64,000 nt of DNA from a virus. Location of the stretch: positions 32,001-96,000 of IMG/VR virus record IMGVR_UViG_3300020420_000008; one strand, given 5' to 3'. The notes beneath the pieces are model-generated. The model saw only the letters and a list, made by a program, of their open reading frames with translations, did not search any database and was not told the DNA's origin. Shown here one piece after another: positions 37,144 through 48,100 of this stretch (the first letter of the stretch is position 1; every line of letters begins with the position of its first letter). The translations under genes were made by a program, and so were the position numbers.

Positions 37144-38903
37144 TGACTTCTTATGCTAGTAAAGAAATGAACATCATGGGTGCAAAAGCTTTTGTAGACT
37201 CTGTAAATGAGTCAGACGGAAGAAGCACAAAAAATTCTACAATACTTTATGCTGTTCTAGGTAAAAGTACACATTGGCCCAACGAGCCCAATGCACCTAC
37301 AGCTACAGAGACAATAAAAGATAAACATTACACTATCTGGAAAGATGCCATAGGAGCTAAGAAAATAAACCCGTCAGATGTAAGTCATGTTGTTCCTAGA
37401 CATGATTGGGCTACAGGTAGAGTTTATCCTATGTACAAGCACACAAATACTAACTTATACTTATCCGACTTCTACATATTAACAGATCAAAATAATGTGT
37501 ATAAATGTTTGTATAATAATAAAGGTGGGCAGTCAACTGTGAAGCCAGCTGGTTTCTCAACAACACCTTTTACTACATCAGATGGTTATACTTGGAAGTA
37601 TATGTACACTATCAGTTTAGGACTAGCAAGTAAATTCTTGACAGCATCACATATGCCAGTTCAAACTCTCTCAGAGAGTGATGGTAGTGCAGAGCAAACT
37701 AATCAACTTGCAGTTCAAAATGCATCAGTAAACGGCGCCATTCAGATTATAGAAACAAATGATGTAGGTTCAGGTTATGGTATGTTAAATAGTACCGCTG
37801 TTATAGGTGCTACATCAACTACGGTTCAGTTAGCACAAGGTAATCCTTCTTCAGTAGATAATCATTATAACGGCGACTCAGTTTATATTCAGTCAGGCAC
37901 TGGACTAGGACAACTTAGAAGAATTGTAAATTATGATGGTTCTACAAGGACTCTTACGACAAATACAGGCTTTACAACAACACCTGATACAACTTCTACT
38001 GTAATTGTTTCACCAACAGTAAATATAATAGGCGATGGTGTAGGTGCTTTAGCTTATTCACTAGTAAATACAAATGGTAATATATCGAATGTAAATGTAA
38101 TAGCAACTGGTTCTAAGTATACACATGCCAAAGCTTTTATTACATCAAATACAGTTACAGGAACTGGAGCAACTGCCAATGTAATCATATCACCCATAGG
38201 TGGACATGGTAAAGATGCAATAAGAGAATTAGGTGGTAATAAAATCTGTCTAAATGCACAATTTAAAGGTAGTCAAGGTGTTTCAGCAACAGGTAAAGGA
38301 TTTGTTCCTGCGAATACAGAATTTAGAACAGTAAGCATTCTCAAAGATCCTATTCTTAAAGTTGATTCTAATAACGCTATTATGACAGAAGCAATAGCAA
38401 ATACATCTAATAGTGCAGACACATTAAGATTAACAACAAGATTAAATATTTCATATCAACAATTAATAAATACTATACCACAGAATCAGTTTCAGATAGA
38501 TGATGAGATAACAAATGAGAGAATGAGATTGAATGCTGAAAATGGTACTATTGGATTCATTACTGAACTAAATGCGTCAGCAAGAGAAAATGCTTCTGTA
38601 GCACAAGCATCAAATGGTGCAAACGGAACAATAGTTTTTATTAAAGATGATGAGTTATTAAGCGATACATCATTCTTTAATATCTATCTAAATAATGTAG
38701 ATAGTTATGGTAATCATGTCGCTTTTACGAAAAACGACATTTTGTTAAAAAGAGGAAGTTCTACAAAAGTTGCAACTGTATCAGATATATCAGGTCCAGA
38801 GGCAAATACATATTCAGGTGAATTTATACATGTAGAAAACTTTCAGAAAGTTGATAGAGCAGTAGATCAAACTGAAGATATAAAAGTTATACTAGATTTT
38901 TAA
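37143..38903 (+). CDS. gp8: baseplate wedge subunit
   Basis: VYKCLYN, DGYTWKYMY and QTEDIKVILDF motifs. Confidence 0.88.
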   Translation: MTSYASKEMNIMGAKAFVDSVNESDGRSTKNSTILYAVLGKSTHWPNEPNAPTATETIKDKHYTIWKDAIGAKKINPSDVSHVVPRHDWATGRVYPMYKHTNTNLYLSDFYILTDQNNVYKCLYNNKGGQSTVKPAGFSTTPFTTSDGYTWKYMYTISLGLASKFLTASHMPVQTLSESDGSAEQTNQLAVQNASVNGAIQIIETNDVGSGYGMLNSTAVIGATSTTVQLAQGNPSSVDNHYNGDSVYIQSGTGLGQLRRIVNYDGSTRTLTTNTGFTTTPDTTSTVIVSPTVNIIGDGVGALAYSLVNTNGNISNVNVIATGSKYTHAKAFITSNTVTGTGATANVIISPIGGHGKDAIRELGGNKICLNAQFKGSQGVSATGKGFVPANTEFRTVSILKDPILKVDSNNAIMTEAIANTSNSADTLRLTTRLNISYQQLINTIPQNQFQIDDEITNERMRLNAENGTIGFITELNASARENASVAQASNGANGTIVFIKDDELLSDTSFFNIYLNNVDSYGNHVAFTKNDILLKRGSSTKVATVSDISGPEANTYSGEFIHVENFQKVDRAVDQTEDIKVILDF

Positions 38904-38914
38904 AGGTAAAGTAG

Positions 38915-41900
38915 ATGGCACTCGAAACAAATTTAAACCAAAGTCCTTACTATGACGATTTTGATGAAACAAAAAACTACAACAGAATTTTGTTTCGTCC
39001 TGGTTTTGCTGTACAAGCTAGAGAATTAACTCAGCTACAGACAATACTACAAAATCAAATAGAAAGATTTGGTAACGAAATACTAGTAGACGGTACAATT
39101 GTTACAGGTTCTGCTCTAAAAATAGAAGATATAGACTTTGTAAAACTCAGAGATAAAGACGCTAATAACAGAGTTATTCTACTAACAGACTTTTTCTCAG
39201 GTGGTGTCGTAGCAAATGCAACAATCACCGGTACTACTTCAGGTATGACAGCACAACTAATAGATGTTGCTGATGGTTCTGAGGCGGCTAATCCAGACAA
39301 CATGACACTCTTTGTCAAATACACGAACTCAGGTACAAATAACACAACAAAAGCTTTTGTTGACAATGAAGTTCTTACTTTAAGAACTAGAACAGGAGCA
39401 AGTTTCATAGTTGCCGCCAATACGGGAAGTTCTAGTTCTACAGGTTTAGGTACAAGAGCATCGGTATCAGACGGTATTATTTTTCATAAAGGGCATTTTG
39501 TAAGAGTTGGCGCTCAAAGTCATATAGTAGATAAGTATAGCACATCGCCATCAAAGAAGGTGGGCTTTCAAACAGTAGAGACATTAGTTAACTCAAACAT
39601 TGATAGTAGCTTGGCAGACAATGCATCAGGTTCTACTAACTTCGCCGCCCCTGGAGCAGACAGATTAAAAATGTTACCTACTCTTGCATCAAGAGTTACG
39701 GGTGCCGCCAATACTGCTACTTTCTTTACAATAGCTGAATTGAAAGATGGTGTACTAATTCGAAACAACAAAGACACAATGTACTCAGACATTGGTAAAC
39801 ATGTCGCTATGAAGTTTCACGAAACATTAGGTAACTATGCAACAGAACCTTTTACAATTCGTGTTCGTGAACATCTAAAATCTAGTGAGAACTTAGGTAG
39901 ATATAATTCAGATGAAGGCGGAGATGCAAATAAACTTATAGCTGAAGTTGACAAAGGTATTGGTTATGTAAACGGACAAAAAGTTCAATTAATAAATCCT
40001 ACACCTTTAGAAATAGATAAAGCAACAGACTTCACTACAAGAGATGCAAGAGTTTTAACACAAACTTTTGGAAACTATGTCTTTATTAAAGAAGTTGCTG
40101 GTACATGGGACTTTCAAGGACTTAGAGAAGTCTCATTACGTAGTGCCGCCGGTACAGCAATAAGTAGTAAAACTTTTGGCGATACTACAGCTCCAGGTTC
40201 TGAAATAGGTACAGCTAAAGTAAGAGGCTTTTCATATCACTCAGGCATAGCAGGAACTGCCGATGGACAATTTAAATTATATCTATTTGATATAAGAATG
40301 AATAGCACTAAGAACTTTGCAGATGTACGTTCAATATTTGAAGCAGAGTCAACACACAACTCAATAGCAGATATTGTTCTTACCGGAAGTAATGCTGTTC
40401 TGCAAGAGCCAAGTAATAACCTATTAGTATTACCATTCTCAGCATTAGGTACAAAAACTTTAAAAGATTCGTCTAATAATGTTGATACTCAGTTTGTTTT
40501 TAGAACCGAAAAGACAGTTACATTTACACCTTCTGGTGCATCATTGAGTGCTACAGTTACAGCAAACTCAGCACATGCAGGTGGTGTAGAAACTCTCAAT
40601 GAAACAGGTAGTCCTTTATCAGCAGGTAATGAGAGAAAAGTTATTGTGGTATCTAAAGCACAAACTTTGACAGTTCCTAGAAGTGGGCATATCGCATCAT
40701 TTGGAACTAAAACAATAACAGGTGCTGGTGGTAGTAAATTCAACGAAGACTATCAAGCAGGTGATATTATAAGATTGACAGATAGTACAAATCCTTTTAC
40801 AGGTAGTGCAGGAACAGAAGATCATATTATAGCAAGTATCAATAGTGCTACAAGTATCACAACTAAAGATACAATATCAGCAACAAGAAGTGGACTAGGA
40901 ACTAGTGATGCTGTATCGCATCGACAAGTATTTCCAAAAGGTTATGTTTTCGATACTTCCGCCAATGGTATCATACAGTCTTCATCAACTCAACACAACA
41001 TAAATTTACAACAAGCTAATGTTGTAAGCAGTTTTTCTGCTTCTGTATATTTTAATGTTCTACGCTCAAGTGCCGTGCCTACTGCAAAAACAATTAAAAA
41101 GAGTAGATATATAAACATCAATACCCAATCTCATTCAGCAGGCGCAAATGGTCCGTGGAGTTTAGGTGTTGCAGATGTTTTTAAAATAGAAGCAGTATAT
41201 CTTGGAGCAGATACATCATCAGTTACCACAAGTGATCAAAATGTAACAAGTCACTTTGATCTTGACACAGGACAAAAAGATGATATGTATGATATAGGAA
41301 AACTTGTGAAGAAATCTACAAGTTCTCTCAATATAACAAACAAAGCTATACTTGTCAAGTTCTCATTTTTCGAAAGAAATACTTCTCAAGGTATAGGTTT
41401 CTTATCAGTAGATTCATATCCAGTAGATGACTCAACAGAAAGTGCAACAACTATTAAGACATTTGAAATACCAAAATACAAATCAGTTACAACGGGTAAG
41501 ACATATGAATTGCGTGACTCTGTAGATTTTCGTCCTATGAAAGCCAATACTTGTGATCCTACTACAACAGCTACGATTGCAGGTTCACCAACAAATCCAG
41601 GAGCAGAAAAGTCAGCACCTAATACATTTACTATAGATTCAGATGGTGCATATAATGTTGCGCCTGACGAAAACTTTCAAGCAGATATTCAACAATATCT
41701 ACCTAGAAAAGACAGAATTGTAATTACAGAAGAAGGTAAACTAGAAGCTATCAAAGGTATACCTGCCGAAACACCAAAAGTACCTGAAGAAAAAGCAAAC
41801 GCTATGACATTAGGTGTTTTAAATGTACCTGTATATCCATCTCTATCATCAAAAGTTGCTAGAGATAATGATAAAGGTGACTATGGTGTAAAACTTACGT

Positions 41901-44884
41901 TAGAAAATAATAGACGATACACAATGAAAGACTTGAGAGGTATCGATGAGAGATTGAAGAATGCTGAATATTATTCTTCATTAAACGCTCTTGAAGCAAG
42001 TGTAAAGAATAAGCAGTTATTTAATGGCTCTGGCTTTGATAGATTTAAAAATGGTTTCTTTGTAGAAAACTTTGACGGACACAATCTATCAGATTCAACA
42101 AAGAAAGGCTACAGAGCATCTATTGATAGAAATAAAAATATACTACGTCCTTACTTCAAGAGAAGAGATATTCTCATGGAGAAAGATAAGTCATTTACTT
42201 CTACAAATGTTACACAGACAGGCAACTTACTCACATTAGCTTACACAAGTGTTTCTTTTATAAATCAAGATAAAGCAAGTAAAGCTAGAAATCCAGTTCA
42301 AGAATTAACATTTAACTGGCAAGGTAACTTGACATTAGATCCACCTATGGATAATACACCTGACATTACAGCATTGCCTGATATTCAAATGGATTTCTCA
42401 GGTATGTTCGATGCTTTTGAGCAATTGGCTGCCTCTACAGGATTTACTGGTACCGATTGGGGCGGTTGGATTAATACTGACAATGCTCAAATTACAAATA
42501 TAACAACAGAAACTAATAGTTCAACAATATCTACTGTAGGTACTTTGCAACAAGAACAGATACGACAAGGTATTCAAACATCTATTAGTCCTGCTAATCA
42601 GACATTTAACATAGGTAACTATGTACAACAAGTAGCTGTTCGTGAGTTTATGCGTTCAAGACTTGTTAAGTTTACTGCACATGGTATGAAACCTAGCACA
42701 AGAGTTTATCCTTATTTTGATGATGAACAAGTAAGTGGTTTTACAACACCAACAAACTCTGCACACGCAAATACTGCCGCCGAAGGTAGTGCATTGATTA
42801 CTAACTCAGCTGGTTCTGTTCATGGTGTGTTTAGAATACCTGATACAAATACCTTGAAGTTTAGAATTGGTACTAGACGATTTAAATTACAAGACGTTGC
42901 AAACAATCAAATAGCAAGTGATTTGACAACAACATCTTCTTTCGCAGATTATACTAGTATACCTCTTACAATTACTCAAAGAGGTGCTTCTATGAATCTT
43001 GTAGTTCCTCAAGTAAATACAGAGGACGTAACAGAAACAAGAACTCAGACTTCTAGAGTTGTACTCAGCACACGTTCTGTAAATCCAGATCCTATATCAC
43101 AAACATTCTCAGTAAATGAAGAGCAATCTTCTGGTGTTTTTATCACTAAAGTTGATTTATACTTCTTCAGAAAAGCAGGTAATTTACCAATCACTGTTCA
43201 GATACGTGAGGTAGAAAACGGACATCCTACGCCTAATATTCTGCCATACGCATCGAAAACTTTATTTCCATCATCTATAAATGCAAGCACAACCTCTGCT
43301 ACAACAGCGACAACATTTACATTTGACTCACCAGTATTTTTAAAGAACTACAAAGATTATTGTATCACAATAGTTCCTGCTGGTAACTCAGATGAGTATG
43401 CAGTATGGGTGGCAAAACTAGGTGCAAAAGATGTTGATACAGGCGAGTTAATTGATAAACAACCAGGTGCTGGTGTTCTACTTAGTTCTGCAAACGATAA
43501 AACATATACAGCTATTCAATCTGAAGACTTAAAATTTCAGTTGCATAGAGCCGAGTTTTCAAAGACACAAGGTACTGTATTCATAGAAAATCCTGATAAC
43601 GATTTCTTCACATATGATAATAAAGCTGGCACATTTAATCCTGAAGAAAAGATACGTGCTGAATCTGTATTGAAGTTTTCTAATAATCAGACTGTATCAG
43701 TAGGGCATGTTCTTAAAACGAAAGCTACATCAGGTGCTAACTTTGCAAATGGTACTGTAAGACAGATTGTACAAAACAGTGTAGCTGGACAAGTAACTGT
43801 CAAGCTAGATGCTTATGGTGATTTTCCAACAACCGCAAGTTCTAATACTAATAATGTTTATATAAGTGGTAGTACAACACACGGAGGTTGGGCTGGAAAT
43901 ACAGTTTTATTTACAGCAAATACAAATAACGGTTTCTTAGATTTTATAGATGAACTCAATGAAAAGATGACTCTGAAAAACTCAACGTATACAGGAAACG
44001 CAAATGGTTTTATAAGAGGGCAAGTTAGTGGTGCTTCTGCTAGAGTTTTAACCGCAGAAAATATTGTAAACAATGTCATGGTGCCTAAGATACCTGTTAT
44101 GAACTTAGCAAACACATCTTCAACATTTTCTGTAAGAACCGCAACTACAGGTGGTGTTATTAATACTAACTTTAAAAGTTTAGATTTAGAGGTAGAGAAT
44201 CCATTTACAGATAATGCGAAATCAGTTCATAGTAAAGTAAATGAATCAGCTTTGACTGCCGTGAATGGTTCTAAGAAAACTCTTGTCGTTAGAGGATTTT
44301 TAAATACAAGTGATTCTAAAGTATCACCAATCATAGATTTGTCAAGAGCAAATTCATACATTTTAGAAAATGTTATTAACGATAGTTCTACAAATGAAGA
44401 GAAGCAAGAAGTTGGTAGTGCAGTAACACGATACTTCTCAAAACCAGTTGAACTTGCTGACGGACAAGATGCTGAAGATTTAAGAATATATGTAACAGCT
44501 TATAAGCCTTCAGGTACAAACGTAAAAGTTTATGCACAATTATTAGCATCATCAGATGGTGAGCCTCTCGCTGATAAAGATTACACTTTGTTAACGCAAG
44601 CTACATCAGCAAGTGTTATTTCTGATACAGCCGATACAAATGATTTTAAAGAGTTCGAATATACTCTATCTGCAAATACTGATGGACAGAATTTCTTAGG
44701 AAGTAATAATGATAATCAGGCGAAACTAAATACCGCTGATAGTAATATTGTTTCGTATAGAACTTCAAGTGGTGTTGTGCATAAGACATATAAAACATTT
44801 GCTTTTAAGATTGTTTTGACATCAACATCAAATGCAAGCGTACCTTTTGTAAAAGATTTGAGAGCAATAGCATTACAGGTGTAA
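38915..44884 (+). CDS. large virion structural protein (VrlC/DUF4815-like)
   Basis: NLNQSPYYDDFD, VQARELTQLQ, RRYTMKD and DLRAIAL motifs. Confidence 0.8.
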   Translation: MALETNLNQSPYYDDFDETKNYNRILFRPGFAVQARELTQLQTILQNQIERFGNEILVDGTIVTGSALKIEDIDFVKLRDKDANNRVILLTDFFSGGVVANATITGTTSGMTAQLIDVADGSEAANPDNMTLFVKYTNSGTNNTTKAFVDNEVLTLRTRTGASFIVAANTGSSSSTGLGTRASVSDGIIFHKGHFVRVGAQSHIVDKYSTSPSKKVGFQTVETLVNSNIDSSLADNASGSTNFAAPGADRLKMLPTLASRVTGAANTATFFTIAELKDGVLIRNNKDTMYSDIGKHVAMKFHETLGNYATEPFTIRVREHLKSSENLGRYNSDEGGDANKLIAEVDKGIGYVNGQKVQLINPTPLEIDKATDFTTRDARVLTQTFGNYVFIKEVAGTWDFQGLREVSLRSAAGTAISSKTFGDTTAPGSEIGTAKVRGFSYHSGIAGTADGQFKLYLFDIRMNSTKNFADVRSIFEAESTHNSIADIVLTGSNAVLQEPSNNLLVLPFSALGTKTLKDSSNNVDTQFVFRTEKTVTFTPSGASLSATVTANSAHAGGVETLNETGSPLSAGNERKVIVVSKAQTLTVPRSGHIASFGTKTITGAGGSKFNEDYQAGDIIRLTDSTNPFTGSAGTEDHIIASINSATSITTKDTISATRSGLGTSDAVSHRQVFPKGYVFDTSANGIIQSSSTQHNINLQQANVVSSFSASVYFNVLRSSAVPTAKTIKKSRYININTQSHSAGANGPWSLGVADVFKIEAVYLGADTSSVTTSDQNVTSHFDLDTGQKDDMYDIGKLVKKSTSSLNITNKAILVKFSFFERNTSQGIGFLSVDSYPVDDSTESATTIKTFEIPKYKSVTTGKTYELRDSVDFRPMKANTCDPTTTATIAGSPTNPGAEKSAPNTFTIDSDGAYNVAPDENFQADIQQYLPRKDRIVITEEGKLEAIKGIPAETPKVPEEKANAMTLGVLNVPVYPSLSSKVARDNDKGDYGVKLTLENNRRYTMKDLRGIDERLKNAEYYSSLNALEASVKNKQLFNGSGFDRFKNGFFVENFDGHNLSDSTKKGYRASIDRNKNILRPYFKRRDILMEKDKSFTSTNVTQTGNLLTLAYTSVSFINQDKASKARNPVQELTFNWQGNLTLDPPMDNTPDITALPDIQMDFSGMFDAFEQLAASTGFTGTDWGGWINTDNAQITNITTETNSSTISTVGTLQQEQIRQGIQTSISPANQTFNIGNYVQQVAVREFMRSRLVKFTAHGMKPSTRVYPYFDDEQVSGFTTPTNSAHANTAAEGSALITNSAGSVHGVFRIPDTNTLKFRIGTRRFKLQDVANNQIASDLTTTSSFADYTSIPLTITQRGASMNLVVPQVNTEDVTETRTQTSRVVLSTRSVNPDPISQTFSVNEEQSSGVFITKVDLYFFRKAGNLPITVQIREVENGHPTPNILPYASKTLFPSSINASTTSATTATTFTFDSPVFLKNYKDYCITIVPAGNSDEYAVWVAKLGAKDVDTGELIDKQPGAGVLLSSANDKTYTAIQSEDLKFQLHRAEFSKTQGTVFIENPDNDFFTYDNKAGTFNPEEKIRAESVLKFSNNQTVSVGHVLKTKATSGANFANGTVRQIVQNSVAGQVTVKLDAYGDFPTTASSNTNNVYISGSTTHGGWAGNTVLFTANTNNGFLDFIDELNEKMTLKNSTYTGNANGFIRGQVSGASARVLTAENIVNNVMVPKIPVMNLANTSSTFSVRTATTGGVINTNFKSLDLEVENPFTDNAKSVHSKVNESALTAVNGSKKTLVVRGFLNTSDSKVSPIIDLSRANSYILENVINDSSTNEEKQEVGSAVTRYFSKPVELADGQDAEDLRIYVTAYKPSGTNVKVYAQLLASSDGEPLADKDYTLLTQATSASVISDTADTNDFKEFEYTLSANTDGQNFLGSNNDNQAKLNTADSNIVSYRTSSGVVHKTYKTFAFKIVLTSTSNASVPFVKDLRAIALQV

Positions 44885-44885
44885 A

Positions 44886-45122
44886 ATGGGACTAAGTTAT
44901 GGAAAAACTGGAAACGGAGAGTTATACAAAGTTAAAAATGAAGAAACTCTCAGAAGAGATAGTAGAAATAGTGCCATACTTGAAACTGATATGAATAGTT
45001 TAGAATTATATAGAAGAAGACGAGAGCAAGTAAAACAAAAAGATAAAGAGATACAAGAGATGAAAGAAGAAATTGCTAATCTAAAGGATCTTGTACATTC
45101 ACTTATTAATAAAGAAGGTTAG
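44886..45122 (+). CDS. small coiled-coil protein after the VrlC-like gene
   Basis: L.RD..NSAIL motif and coiled coil; typical synteny. Confidence 0.65.
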   Translation: MGLSYGKTGNGELYKVKNEETLRRDSRNSAILETDMNSLELYRRRREQVKQKDKEIQEMKEEIANLKDLVHSLINKEG

Positions 45123-45124
45123 AT

Positions 45125-48100
45125 ATGACTGTAACCATAGCAAATACAAATCTTGTAGATAGCTTCAATACTTGGAGATTGAATACTAATTTAGCCGCCA
45201 CGACTATTAGTAACAATGTTGTAACAGTGAGTAAGACTGGTGCAGTAAGAGGTGGAACAACAAAAGGTGATGGACATATAAAAGGTATTTTTAGTGCTAA
45301 TGATTTAAGATCAAGTGCCATACGAGGTGGTAACACTACAAATCAAAGTGCTATAACTCTTCACTCTAATACAACAATAGAAGCCAGAACTTTTACAATA
45401 AATGCAAATACAGAATTTACAGGTAATGTAAATTTTACCACAACGACTACTGATAGAATCATATTAGGAGATATATCACGTATTCGTGTTACAGGTGGTA
45501 ATTCAGGAGACTTTTTACGAAAGACAGGTGTAGATCAAATAACAGCCGCCCAAATGGGACTTAGACAATTAAGCGATTTATCTTCTAACTCAGCACATAT
45601 AATTTTATCTTCTTCTAATACTGCTTTCTCAGAAGAACTTAATACACCTGATTTAAGATTTTCAGCAGGTACAGATGGACAAGATGTATTCCGAGTTTAT
45701 GGTGACGGCGACTCTACAGGAGGTAATTCAGATTTACTAATACAGCTTGTAAGTGCAGATGGAGACAGTAATTTAAAAATTCAAACAAATGCTAATAATA
45801 CAGTACATACTTTCGGCGCAGATGGTAACTTTCAATCTACTGGTAGACTTACAACTGTAGGTATAACAACATCAGGAACAATATTACCATCAGGAGCATC
45901 AGTAAACCTAGGTTCAGGTTCAGCTAAATTTTTAGATGGTAATTTTTCTGGCACAGTAACTACTGATAAGTTAAATATCAGTACAACAGCAGGAGATGGT
46001 GTTAGTTCAGATTTATTACCTGCAACTCATAATGCAAGAGATTTAGGTAATACAAACTATCAGTGGAGAAATATTTTCTCATCAGGAACTTCCACACTAA
46101 ACAACGTAACGATAGGCGGTACTCTAGGTACTACAGGAGATTTAACGGCAGTAAATCTGATAGCGACAGGTGATGTAGATTTAGGTAACGCAACAACAGA
46201 TACAATCACAGTAACAGGACAATTTGATTCAGATTTGATACCTTCTACAGATAACGCTAGAGATTTAGGTTCTTCTTCAAAAGAATGGAAAGATTTGTAT
46301 ATAGATGGTGTAGCAAATATAGACGAACTCTCAGTTGCAACAGGAAGTGGACAAGGTGTTTCTACTTCACTTATACCGAAGACAGATGGCACACACAATC
46401 TAGGTTCAACTAATAGAGAATGGCAAAACCTATTCATAGATGGTACAGCACATATAGACACTTTAGATGTTGATGAAAATGCTACATTCGGTGGTACAAT
46501 AACAGCTACAAGTGGTACAACAACATTATCAACTGGTGCTATTAGTGTAGCTAACATAACAACATTGAACACAACAGGCTTAGCAAGTCTAGACGGTGGT
46601 ATAGATGTTGATGGTGTTTTTACAGTAGCAGACTCTTCAGGTAATATGGCAACTACAGGTACAGCAACTGTAGGAGGTTTAACAAGTCTGAATGGTGGTA
46701 TAGCAGTAGACACAAATAAGTTCACTGTTGCAGATACATCAGGTAATGTAGCTACCGCTGGTTCTCTTACAGTTGCAGGTACAACTACGTTAAATGGTGA
46801 TGTCACACTAGGTGATAGTAGCACTGACACAGTAACTATAAATGGTACAATTGCCGGCACTTCAACATTTAATAACTTAGCTACGACAGGTGCTACTGAT
46901 ATAGGTGATAATGTCAATGACACACTAACAGTTACTGCTTCAGTAGACTCAAATTTTATTCCTACAGGTACTGTAAATTTAGGTTCTAACTCAAGTAGAT
47001 GGACAAATGGTTATATAACTAATTTAGTAGGAAGAAATATTACTCTAGGTGCCAGTGGCGATGCTTCTGGAACAAACTCTCTCACAATATTCGGTGACAT
47101 TACAATAGATGGTGATATCAATCAATCTACAGGACAAACAATCGCCGCCACGGCAGGCGATTTTACTAACGCTACAGTTTCTACATTACTCAATGTACAA
47201 GGAAACGCAGATTTAGGTAATGCCGCCTCAGACACGATAACTTTCGCAGGTACTGTAGACTCAGATATTATTCCTAACGGAGCAAGTAGAGATTTAGGTA
47301 GTACAAGTGCTAGATGGGACGTAGGATATTTTAACGACATAAACGTAGCAGATGATTTTGCTCTCACAGATGACTTGACAGTTGGTGGAGACGCCGGCGT
47401 AACGGGAACGGTATCAGCTGGAGCATTAAATGTGTCTGGTGCAACAAACCTTGCTGGTGATGTTGACTTTGATGGTGCGATAACAAGAGATGGCGGTACT
47501 GTTCTATTCGATACAAATGGTGTACTTAATCAAGCATCGATTGCTACAGGTGCTATAGCTTCAGCAAAACTTGCAAGTGTAGTTACAGGTGCTAGTGTAG
47601 GTTCAGCATCAGCCGTACCAGTTATCACATTCAATAGTAAAGGACAAATAACGGCGGCAACAACTGCAACAGTAGCAGGTGTTACGGGTTTTGCAGTTGG
47701 TAACGCCGCCGACGGAAAAAAATTCACGATTACAACCGCAGATGGTTCTACATTTGATGCGACAGTAGGTGCAGGTTCTATAGGAACAAATGAGATGTCC
47801 ACAATCTCAGGACTTACCGCAACAACATATGGTTCTGCAACTCAAGTACCTGTCTTAACAGTAAATGCTAAAGGACGTGTTACAGCCGCCTCTCAAGTAG
47901 CTGTAGCTGGTATATCAAGCGTTGCTTATACAAGTGCAAACAATAATGTAAGAGTTAGCACAGGTGATGGTAAAACACACGACTTGACAGTTGCACCAGC
48001 AACTGATAGCGTAAGAGGTGTTGCATCATTTGATAGTGGAGATTTTGATGTAAGTTCAGGTGCCGTAACACTCAAGAATGCTACAACAGGTGCCGTACTC